This document shows positions 18,506-26,923 of a stretch of DNA of 64,000 nt, in pieces (the stretch's first letter is position 1; every line of letters starts with the position of its first letter). The notes beneath the pieces are model-generated. The model had not been told where the DNA came from, ran no database searches, and saw nothing but the letters and a program-made list of their open reading frames with translations. The DNA comes from Candidatus Parcubacteria bacterium (GTDB taxonomy: Bacteria; Patescibacteriota; Microgenomatia; Levybacterales; GWA1-39-11). The DNA lies in assembly GCA_003599595.1 (NCBI GenBank), contig QZIP01000011.1, positions 2,638 through 66,637 of the forward strand, in the 5' to 3' direction. The translations under genes and the position numbers were made by a program.

Positions 18506-20236
18506 TTATCTCTTTTCCACATTATACAAAGGTCCAACAATTTGAATATTGGCAGGAGCTCTTAAGTTAAAGTAGTTTTTAAACTCTTGACCATCAAAGC
18601 TATTGTTTCCAGCATTACCTGATACAGTAATGGTGTTTGTTTTTCCAACATTTTTATCCCAGTCAACAGAAAAGTTAGAAACGCTGTTATAAGGAGTAAT
18701 ACCCTTACTGTTCAACTCTTTTTTAACCCGTTCCCTGTCCCATGTCTCAACTCCATCGGGGTTAGGCTTATCAGGTTGTGAGAGATGTGTTTGGGTTGAT
18801 GAGTCAGCTTTAGCAAGTAACAATACATTTATGATGTCAGCAGCTTCATCTTGTTTTAGCCAGGCAGATTTTGCATACTCATTTCTAAATCCTTGTGCCG
18901 AATACAAGCAGGGAGAGTCTTTATCATACGATTTATTTATAAGGTCTTCAAAGCTGTTGATTTCACCATCTGTGTCTCTCAGTCTTTTTGTCCAAGGTCT
19001 GTCATTCCAGCCAACATCTGCCGATGTGAACGTGTAGCCTCCGGCGGTTGACGCATACCAAGCAGTGATAGCCTGCCCTCCCGAAACCATCACTTTTCCA
19101 GCAGTTTCCCTCACTGCTTGTTCCCAAGCCCCTCCCTTATTTCCTCCTTTATATACCTGGCAGGCCTGAGTTGTGCAAATCTCCTTTTCTCCATTATTTG
19201 TATATGAAAGTGCATAAGACCGCGCCGCAATTACCTGGGCCTTTAAAGCCTCTATATGAAAACTGTTTGGCATCTCATAGATCCCAAGCATATATTCTTC
19301 CAGATCCATTTCTCCATAACCTTGTACTTTTATTCTTGCCGACCGTGTTTCAAAAGAAAAATTATCAAAATATGTTCTTAAAATATCCTCATGGTTCTGA
19401 TTCGCTCTCCTGGCTCTCCCATCTGCTCCATATTGATTCATCCCTACCCTATGTGGAATCCCAAAAGTATAAAATGCAAATGCAGGACTGAATCCTGGGT
19501 CAAGCTTTCTGTCATCTGTACAAAAGAGGGGACCTGCTCCCAAGCTTGTTGGTAAATTCAAGCTACCAAGTTTTTGGGCAAGTAATTGTTGTTGTTTTGC
19601 GCTAAGTTGTGCGATTTGATTTGTTAAAGTTGCTTGATACGCTTTTGCGCCACCCACAAGTTTCTCAATCTCTGCCTTTTCGCTGTCAAGTTTTGATTTT
19701 GTTGCGCTTAGTCTTGATTCTTCATCTTCAAGCGTTTTTTTCCTTCCTTCCAAGTCCACAATCTTTAATGCAATACTTGTAATGATGTCTTTATCTCTAT
19801 TTGCTTCTCTTTTTTGATATGCCAATACTCTGGTTATATTTGATGCGTCATCAGATGAAACAAAAACCACCAAAGGAGAAAAAAAGTAGGTTTTAATATA
19901 GTAGTTTCTTACCGTCTTGTTTAATAATTCTTTTTGTTTTTCAAGATTTTTATAGCCCTCATCAATAGTTTTTCTCTTTTCAGCAATATCTGACTCTAAA
20001 TATTTTACTCTCTGCTCAATTTGTGCCAGCTGATTTCTCATATTTATCAATTGGGATTCAAAGGGGGCAGTTGCGCGCTTGGACATGTCTAGTGCCGATT
20101 GAAGTTCGTTTATTTTTTTATTTAGATCATCCAGCTCATCCGAATAAGCTTTTTTAACAGGAAAAAATGCTTGAAAAATCAGAAAGAAAAACAGAAGAAA
20201 TATAAAAGAAAAAATAAAAGGCAGTACTCTCTTCAC
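18506..20236 (-). CDS. SpoIID/LytB-domain peptidoglycan hydrolase with N-terminal coiled coil
   Basis: Signal peptide, long coiled coil, 'HRVGMNQYGA', 'EALKAQVIAARSYA', 'ICTTQACQVY', 'YASTAGGYT'. Confidence 0.9.
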   Translation of the reverse strand: MKRVLPFIFSFIFLLFFFLIFQAFFPVKKAYSDELDDLNKKINELQSALDMSKRATAPFESQLINMRNQLAQIEQRVKYLESDIAEKRKTIDEGYKNLEKQKELLNKTVRNYYIKTYFFSPLVVFVSSDDASNITRVLAYQKREANRDKDIITSIALKIVDLEGRKKTLEDEESRLSATKSKLDSEKAEIEKLVGGAKAYQATLTNQIAQLSAKQQQLLAQKLGSLNLPTSLGAGPLFCTDDRKLDPGFSPAFAFYTFGIPHRVGMNQYGADGRARRANQNHEDILRTYFDNFSFETRSARIKVQGYGEMDLEEYMLGIYEMPNSFHIEALKAQVIAARSYALSYTNNGEKEICTTQACQVYKGGNKGGAWEQAVRETAGKVMVSGGQAITAWYASTAGGYTFTSADVGWNDRPWTKRLRDTDGEINSFEDLINKSYDKDSPCLYSAQGFRNEYAKSAWLKQDEAADIINVLLLAKADSSTQTHLSQPDKPNPDGVETWDRERVKKELNSKGITPYNSVSNFSVDWDKNVGKTNTITVSGNAGNNSFDGQEFKNYFNLRAPANIQIVGPLYNVEKR

Positions 20237-20333
20237 AGCCCATTCATTATATCAAATGAGCCTTCACATAAAAACCCAAAAGATTCTAAAATTTGACTTT
20301 AAATTCCAATCTGGTAAAATATAGGCTTAAATT

Positions 20334-20972
20334 ATGAGAAAAGGAGAATTCGTTCCAGAAGGAAGGCGCTCACCACTGCAAGTTATAAGACATGCAGTGC
20401 AAGAGGTAAGGCAAAAAGCAGCTGTAGAAGCTTTAGGTCATAAAGTTGCTGATGTTCAGGCCCTGCTTACAACACTGGGAAAAGTTTATGCAAATGAGGT
20501 TCCCAATTTTGTAAGTCCAGAGGGACAAGCTACGGAAAGAGAGTATCTATACACAATAGCCGATTATTTTATGCAGATTCTAAAAGTCGCAAGTCCAGCA
20601 ATCTTCAATATAGAGGGAAACCCTCCACGCATTCGTTTAGATTCTTTTAGAAGAGCAGGATTATGTGGAGGTGAAGAAAATTTGGAGTTAGTATTATTGA
20701 GATCGGGGGAATTAGGGTTCCAAAGCAGATGGGATGATGATTCAAGAGGTTACTCTTCTAATAAATTAAATCCTTCCAATTTTCATATGTTGCCGGACCT
20801 TGAATCTCATATATTTAGTTTACCAAGACTTGCTCAAGTTGTTACTTCCCAATTAGAAGGGGTTGTTAGGTCTTGTACGGAAGAGCAACCGGAATATATG
20901 GCAAGCCTAAGAAGCTTAGCAGAAGTTACAAGACAACACACGGAAGAGCTAGGCGCCATCAAAAGACCATAG
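20334..20972 (+). CDS. Hypothetical protein
   Basis: 212-aa ORF preceded by TTGACT-17-TAAAAT. Confidence 0.75.
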   Translation: MRKGEFVPEGRRSPLQVIRHAVQEVRQKAAVEALGHKVADVQALLTTLGKVYANEVPNFVSPEGQATEREYLYTIADYFMQILKVASPAIFNIEGNPPRIRLDSFRRAGLCGGEENLELVLLRSGELGFQSRWDDDSRGYSSNKLNPSNFHMLPDLESHIFSLPRLAQVVTSQLEGVVRSCTEEQPEYMASLRSLAEVTRQHTEELGAIKRP

Positions 20973-21251
20973 CTTAAAATTTAAATTAATTCTCCATTAT
21001 TATAAAACTCTTCTTAATATTATTTTATTCAAATTTTTATAATATTTATTGACCACATTTATTAATAATCTCATTAACATCTTAAATCCTTATTGACTTT
21101 TACCTAAAATATTATCCACTATGTATAGTGTACTAGTGCACTATACATAATTACCTCAATAGTCTGTATAAAACTGACTAAGCAAACTTAATTCCCATAA
21201 AGAGATAAGGAGCAAAAGGTGCGCTAGATTGTCACTAGGTGATCTGTATTA

Positions 21252-21725
21252 TTAAACAACTATTGGTAGTGAGAATTGATTTTCTTTGTATTGAAGATAA
21301 AGCTTTATAGTTTGACTGTGGTCAAATGCAAATTCTTCAAAATCCGGTAAATCTTTTATTGGGAACCATCTTATTTCTTTAGATTCCTTGTCAGGCTCAC
21401 CGGTTTTTTCTTTTACTTTCACAATAAATTCCAATGCCACATTTTGCCTATTCTCTTCTTTTGGTCTGTTGGGATTAGAATTTATTCTAAAAAGCACTAT
21501 AACTTCTCCATCCCATCCGGTTTCCTCTTTTAATTCTCTCAAAATTCCTTGTTCTACCGTTTCATCTCTGTCCAAAAATCCTCCCGGCAGTCCCCATTTG
21601 CCACCTTCCGGTATGTGCTGGGCACGCTTCTCAAGCAGTAAGCATCCATCTTTTTCAACAATTGCGTGTAAAACAACGTGTCTAAAACTTGTTTTAGCAC
21701 CATTTTCCAATTCACAGGTAATCAT
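21252..21725 (-). CDS. NUDIX hydrolase (ADP-ribose pyrophosphatase-like)
   Basis: Nudix box GGFLDRDETVEQGILRELKEETG; AFDH tail. Confidence 0.93.
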   Translation of the reverse strand: MITCELENGAKTSFRHVVLHAIVEKDGCLLLEKRAQHIPEGGKWGLPGGFLDRDETVEQGILRELKEETGWDGEVIVLFRINSNPNRPKEENRQNVALEFIVKVKEKTGEPDKESKEIRWFPIKDLPDFEEFAFDHSQTIKLYLQYKENQFSLPIVV

Positions 21726-21757
21726 ATATCAACCATTTTACCACTTTTTCGTAGAAA

Positions 21758-22150
21758 TTAATTTGAAGAAACTCTATCGGTGGGGGCAAAGTCTAATTGG
21801 TACTCAGGTATTCCAATAGATATTCCGTATTCTCTCGCTTCTTGGTAAAGTATCGGATTTTGTAAGTCTACCTTAAAAATTTTATTGGGGAAAATAATAT
21901 AATGGAAACTTTCATTTTTAAAATCTGCATACCAATCATTATGTTCTTTATCAAAAGATTTGCTCAATTTTTCCGTAACTTGATCTACATTTCCTTCCGG
22001 AATTTCAACAGTATGCAATGTCCATTGTTTTAAATAAGGGGTTTGGTGTGTGGGGGTAACCTCTTCAATTTTTGTACTTATAATTTTTACATCATCTAAA
22101 ACAGATTTATCACTCAGACTTTCTCCAATAATGACACCTTTATAATTCAT
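21758..22150 (-). CDS. Hypothetical protein
   Basis: 130-aa ORF with SD (AAGGAGG); 'GVIIGESL...WYADF...YGISIGIPEYQLDF'. Confidence 0.8.
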   Translation of the reverse strand: MNYKGVIIGESLSDKSVLDDVKIISTKIEEVTPTHQTPYLKQWTLHTVEIPEGNVDQVTEKLSKSFDKEHNDWYADFKNESFHYIIFPNKIFKVDLQNPILYQEAREYGISIGIPEYQLDFAPTDRVSSN

Positions 22151-22188
22151 ATAAGATCGCCTCCTTCCCTATATTTTATGAGTGTTGA

Positions 22189-22776
22189 TCAAAAAATCTT
22201 AGAAAACTGTTTGACTGTTATTTTTGAAGCTTCAGTTTGCAAAGGAGAAGATGATATCTCCTTTACATAAAAATCCCAACTCATTAATTGTTTGTAATCC
22301 AATATCTTCTCCGTAAATTCTATTCCAGACAAATGGTCATACTCATGTTGTATAACACGTCCTAGGAGCCCATCGCAGACAAGACGAAACTTTGTTCCGT
22401 CTAAATCATAAGCTTCTATTGTAATCTGTTTGGGTCTTCTAACGGGCCCAAAAAGTTCTCCATATGCCACGCTGCCGCAACCTTCGTAAATAACAACTTC
22501 CTCATTAGAGAAATTAACAATCTGAGGATTAATGTAAGCTCGAAGCTCGTCAGCTTGATCTGCTTTTCTTGTTTTTGTTTTTCTTGGTTCCGTAACAATC
22601 AATCTGTAGTTTTCTCCAATTTGAGGCGCAGCAATACCTACCAGATCGTTTTTATGCATAGTATCAATAATATCTTTAATAACTCTTTTTATTCTGGGGC
22701 TATAGAGGTTTTTAACAGCCTTATTCTTTGCTTTTAATTTTGGATCTCCAATCTGAAGAATATCTCTTATTGCCAT
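22189..22776 (-). CDS. def: Peptide deformylase
   Basis: GIAAPQIG, EGCGS and QHEYDHLSG motifs. Confidence 0.95.
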   Translation of the reverse strand: MAIRDILQIGDPKLKAKNKAVKNLYSPRIKRVIKDIIDTMHKNDLVGIAAPQIGENYRLIVTEPRKTKTRKADQADELRAYINPQIVNFSNEEVVIYEGCGSVAYGELFGPVRRPKQITIEAYDLDGTKFRLVCDGLLGRVIQHEYDHLSGIEFTEKILDYKQLMSWDFYVKEISSSPLQTEASKITVKQFSKIF

Positions 22777-22802
22777 ACACTTTGTCGTCTACATTTATGT
22801 TG

Positions 22803-22874
22803 TGGGCCTGCTTGGGTTCGAACCAAGGACATCTAACTTATAAGGTTAGCGCTCTGCCACTGAGCTACAGGCCC
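22803..22874 (-). tRNA. tRNA-Ile (anticodon UAU)
   Basis: Acceptor GGGCCUG/CAGGCCC-A, anticodon arm CUAAC-CUUAUAA-GUUAG, T-loop UUCGAAC; CCA not encoded. Confidence 0.93.
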
Positions 22875-23095
22875 CGGCAAAATGAATTATAGCCTAAATT
22901 AGGCATAGGGGCAATAGAAGTCATTTTATAAAGAAGACACCTTTAAAAATTCAAAAGTCAAAATTCAAAAGTCAAAAGTTAGGTGTCGCAAGCGACTATT
23001 GATAAGCAGTTAAAGAAAACACCCTTTAAAGTTATAAATTATTACTACGTGCTACAAGCCACAAGCTAAAAGCTAGCTTTGAGCTGTGAACTTTT

Positions 23096-25519
23096 TTAGA
23101 TGTTCCCCTTAAATCCTCCACCTTCAGGTCCACCTCTTTCCAATTCCGGTTTTTCTCCAGTATCTGCAAAAACTTCAAAAAGCTTTGATCTTTTTGCAAT
23201 CTCTGCCTCTACCAGATCTTTTGGCCTTCCGCACTTCAGACGTGACAATTCTCTTATAAGTTCTGCTACTCTTGGATTTGCTTGCGAGGTTTCAGAAGAA
23301 ACATCCCGTGTCAAGTCCATAGAAAAGGGTAAAACTGGTTCGCCATTAACTTGTGTTTTGACATACGCATGGTATGCCTCTATGTTTATGAGATCTGCTT
23401 CTGAAAATACGGGTTGAAATTCATGTTGAAGGTAATTTGCATCAGTTACTCCAACCCTGAATGAAACAACTGTTCCCACATTTCCAAAAACCGCATTTTT
23501 AATATCTTCTTCCATCTGTCCAATAAATTGATTTGCAACCGTGAGATTAAGTCTATACTTTCTTGCTTCAGACAGAATTTGAGCAAAATCAGGTGTGGCA
23601 AAATTTTGGAACTCGTCAACATATAAGAAAAAGTCTTTTCTCTTATCTTCAGGAAGATCTTGCCTGGACATTGCTGCCACCAGAATCTTGGGTACTAAAA
23701 TCAATCCCAAGAAGGAAGAATTCTCCTCTCCAATTTTTCCTTTTGCCAAAGAAAAGAGAAGTATTTTCCCTTGGTCCATAACCTCACGCAGGTTAAATGA
23801 GCTTTGGCTCTGCCCAATAATATTTCTCATCATTTTATTTGTTACAAATCTCCCAAACTTAGAAACTATATAATCCATAACTTCAGATTTATGAAAATCA
23901 CTGGTTTGAGCTATCTGATCGGTCCAGTACCTTCTAATAAGGGGATCTTGCACTTTTGGTAAGAGTTCCTGTACAAAAGTTGGATCAGTTAATATTCTCA
24001 TTACTTCAACAAAGGTACTTCCCTCCTCAGACATAACCGTTAGCATAGCATTTCTTACCGCGTGCTCAAACCGTGGTCCTACAATTCCTGTTTGGTGTGG
24101 ATCAAACAATTTCTGCATAAGCCCAAGAATAGAGGCAACCACTAAGTGTTTTTGTTCTTCAGTATGGGCCTCAAGCATATTTAAAGCCATTGGTCTTTCA
24201 GTATCAGATGGGTCAAAAAGGATTACATCCTCAGCTCTTTCAGGAGGAATTAAAGGCAAAAGTTTGTCAATTAAATCATGCGGATCAATAACACATACCC
24301 CATGCCCGTTTTTTATGTCCTGTAAAATCATATCTTTTAAAAATTCTGATTTTCCAACACCGGTTTTTCCAATAATGTACATATGTCTTCTTCTATCTGA
24401 CAATCCTATATGGATAGGCTTACTGATTCCTCTATAAACACTTTTACCAATATAAAGTCCTGAAGTTGGAATATTGGCCGCCGCCGGAGCCGTCCTTGCT
24501 GTAAGCCAGTGGATGTGCGGTGTTTCAACGCTTTTATTAGGAAAATGGAACAACGTTGCAAGTTCTTCAGTGGTTAACAATGATCCCTTACTAAATAAAG
24601 GAATATATCTATATATAAAGTCCGTCATAAACATTCCCTTGAAAAATCTTATCTTCTCTTTTGTAAAAGAGTTATAAGAAGAAAACTGGGTAAATGCGCT
24701 TACCATGTTTGATAGATGGGCATCAGCAGATTCTTTACTGGAAGAAACAACAACAGCTCTCACCCAAGCCTTAAATCCGGGCTTTGTTAACTTCTGGTCA
24801 ATTGCTTCAAGTTCTTTTTGATCTATTGAATATTTTGCTGTTTCAGGATTTGCCTCACGTTTTTTAACCGTTGAAACATAGTTTCTGCCGGTCCCTTTCC
24901 AGTCATCTCCACAAGGTGCAATAAGAATCTGTAAGGCTCCAGCTTCTCCCTGCTGCATTTTTGCCAAAATACTGGTAATGGTAGACAAAGGATCAACAGG
25001 GAGATCTTTATATGTTTTTATTGGAATATAATCAGAAGATTTAAGTTTGAGCCCAGCAAACGCAACTTTGCCTTCTTCATTGAAAATGTTGTATTCTTCA
25101 ACCTCATTTATCTGAGCCCCGGGATAGGATCCGTTAATTTGCTTTTCCACCATATCTTTATATTTATTTGGCACTCCCACATAAAATTTTATATCTCCAG
25201 GTGTTCCTACTATTTCAAAAGAAAGGCTATCTGGCACTTTTAAAAATGAAAAGAACCCGCCTCCGCTTTTAAGAGACATAAGGCTGGTAAACATTTGCTC
25301 GGCTGCATCGATTTTGATTTCATTATCCCGCGGCAAGCTTATCTCAAGAAGGGAAGAGTCTAAAGATTTTATGTGGCGTGCGCGGGCCTTCATCCATAGA
25401 ACAAAAAGATAAAAAAGACCAATGCTTACAACAGCCAAAGCAGAGACAATTAATACTCCAGAAAGTATAACAAAAAGTAAATTTATTAAATTATCAGCAG
25501 AAAACATATTAAGCTGCAT
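23096..25519 (-). CDS. VirB4/VirD4(TraD)-like membrane-anchored ATPase of the CPR type IV secretion-like system
   Basis: N-terminal TM; RRHMYIIGKTGVGKS (Walker A), VIDPH, FFLYVDEFQNF (Walker B), LSEARKYRL...ANQ, AVFGNVGT. Confidence 0.9.
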   Translation of the reverse strand: MQLNMFSADNLINLLFVILSGVLIVSALAVVSIGLFYLFVLWMKARARHIKSLDSSLLEISLPRDNEIKIDAAEQMFTSLMSLKSGGGFFSFLKVPDSLSFEIVGTPGDIKFYVGVPNKYKDMVEKQINGSYPGAQINEVEEYNIFNEEGKVAFAGLKLKSSDYIPIKTYKDLPVDPLSTITSILAKMQQGEAGALQILIAPCGDDWKGTGRNYVSTVKKREANPETAKYSIDQKELEAIDQKLTKPGFKAWVRAVVVSSSKESADAHLSNMVSAFTQFSSYNSFTKEKIRFFKGMFMTDFIYRYIPLFSKGSLLTTEELATLFHFPNKSVETPHIHWLTARTAPAAANIPTSGLYIGKSVYRGISKPIHIGLSDRRRHMYIIGKTGVGKSEFLKDMILQDIKNGHGVCVIDPHDLIDKLLPLIPPERAEDVILFDPSDTERPMALNMLEAHTEEQKHLVVASILGLMQKLFDPHQTGIVGPRFEHAVRNAMLTVMSEEGSTFVEVMRILTDPTFVQELLPKVQDPLIRRYWTDQIAQTSDFHKSEVMDYIVSKFGRFVTNKMMRNIIGQSQSSFNLREVMDQGKILLFSLAKGKIGEENSSFLGLILVPKILVAAMSRQDLPEDKRKDFFLYVDEFQNFATPDFAQILSEARKYRLNLTVANQFIGQMEEDIKNAVFGNVGTVVSFRVGVTDANYLQHEFQPVFSEADLINIEAYHAYVKTQVNGEPVLPFSMDLTRDVSSETSQANPRVAELIRELSRLKCGRPKDLVEAEIAKRSKLFEVFADTGEKPELERGGPEGGGFKGNI

Positions 25520-25895
25520 GTTTAATCCCTCCTTGTCTTTCTTTTCTTTGTCTCAGCTTTGCAAGAAGAACTTCTTCTGCCCATCGTGAGTCATTCGGTG
25601 ATCCACCACCTCGAGCACTATTTATAGGAGAAATTTCAGGAGTTTCAGCTCCAGCTTTTTGACCTGGAAATTGAATTATGGAAGGAGTTTCATTTGGAAC
25701 AGTATGAGGGCCTGGGATTACCTCTGCTCCTGTTCCTGTCAGGTTATCGTGTGCTTTTTGAGCCTCTATTGCAGGATGCGCTATGCTTACATATCCTTCT
25801 GCTCCTTCCTGAACTGTTGGAACAACAGCTTCTCCTATTGGAGTTGCTGCATTAACTGCTTCAGTCAGTCTGTCCTTTTCTTTTTGTGCGTCCAT
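25509..25895 (-). CDS. Hypothetical protein translationally coupled to the ATPase
   Basis: 128-aa ORF whose end overlaps the ATPase start; TATTAT 6 nt upstream of the ATG. Confidence 0.7.
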   Translation of the reverse strand: MDAQKEKDRLTEAVNAATPIGEAVVPTVQEGAEGYVSIAHPAIEAQKAHDNLTGTGAEVIPGPHTVPNETPSIIQFPGQKAGAETPEISPINSARGGGSPNDSRWAEEVLLAKLRQRKERQGGIKHAA

Positions 25896-26010
25896 AGATC
25901 AATAATAGCATATTAGAGTATGTCTAGCAATTAAATTTAGCCACAATTTCCTAACAACAAGATAACAAAATAAACAGCTGCAATCATCCGCAAGTAAGTC
26001 CTTGGGTTTT

Positions 26011-26057
26011 GTCATTGCGATCCCGGGCTAATGAAGTGAGTCGGGGGAGAAGCAATC
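26011..26057 (+). repeat. GTCATTGCG...GAAGCAATC palindromic element (RPE/REP-like family)
   Basis: Second degenerate copy at 15241-15304. Confidence 0.6.
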
Positions 26058-26066
26058 TCTTTAAGA

Positions 26067-26603
26067 TTATGAAGATAAAAATTCTTTCAGTTTTTCAAGT
26101 GCAATTTTTCTCATGCTTATGTTGTTTTTTTCTTCCCGTGACATTTGCCCAAAGGTTTTTTCAAAACCATCCGGTTGAAAAATTGGATCCCAGCCAAACC
26201 CCAGATCTCCTTCGGGAGCAACTATTTTTCCAAAAATTGCGCCTTCAAAAAAATAAATTTCCTCTCTGTTTTTTGCATATCCTATCACGGTTTTTGCCTC
26301 TGCTTTATCATTTCCAAATTTTTGAGCAATATCGGCAAGCCCTTCACTTCCAATAGTCTTTAAAAACCATTTAATCAAAGGCCCCGGCAACCCATGAAGG
26401 CAGTCCAGATAAAGAGAAGTGTCTTCCACAATAAATTCACCCTTTTTGTGTTTTAAAGCCTCCAGAAGCTTCTCCCGGATAATATTTTTGGGATCTATAT
26501 CTTGAATTTCAGGCAAATCAATATCCAACTGCTCAATCTCCGATAATATCATCTGCCCTTCCTTAAATTTATTTTCATTTCCAGTGATGAAGTAGAGAGG
26601 CAT
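26067..26603 (-). CDS. rdgB: Ham1/RdgB non-canonical purine NTP pyrophosphatase
   Basis: [37 protein letters not shown]...KNNISMR. Confidence 0.93.
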   Translation of the reverse strand: MPLYFITGNENKFKEGQMILSEIEQLDIDLPEIQDIDPKNIIREKLLEALKHKKGEFIVEDTSLYLDCLHGLPGPLIKWFLKTIGSEGLADIAQKFGNDKAEAKTVIGYAKNREEIYFFEGAIFGKIVAPEGDLGFGWDPIFQPDGFEKTFGQMSREEKNNISMRKIALEKLKEFLSS

Positions 26604-26670
26604 AAAAAATAGTTATTAATTAGGTTTATATCAGATGCCCGCCTTCGTTAAAACTTCGGCGAGGTGAAAG

Positions 26671-26759
26671 CGGAGGAGACAGGATTCGAACCTGCGCGAG
26701 CTTTTGACAGCTCAGGGGATTAGCAATCCCCCGCAATGGACCAACTATGCGACTCCTCC
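26671..26759 (-). tRNA. tRNA-Ser (GCU)
   Basis: GGAGGAG acceptor, GGGGA-UUGCUAA-UCCCC anticodon arm, long variable arm, GGUUCGAAUCC, discriminator G. Confidence 0.95.
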
Positions 26760-26923
26760 AAGGTTCACTTATTATATCAAATACCAAGTCCAGTAAAAAC
26801 CTTAGATGGATATTGCTTACAGAATAGTAAAAGGTCAAATTTTGCCATAAAATTGATCCAGTTTTTATCTAATGAGAATAAGTTTTCTAATAGAAAAAAA
26901 TGGAAAAAGATAAGTAGTTAAAA

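Noticed and set aside
21121-21150. 9-codon ORF MYSVLVHYT
   Set aside because: It coincides with the palindrome; no evidence beyond the chance ATG...TAA produced by symmetry.
21180-21245. c-di-GMP-I-like pattern (GCAAAC...GAGCAAAAG)
   Set aside because: Lacks the GNRA loop and a clear P1/P3, and has no downstream gene on that strand. Kept only as part of the orphan-promoter finding.
26626-26921. ORFs 26626-26838 and 26736-26921 (also 32907-33131)
   Set aside because: They overlap tRNA genes; spurious.
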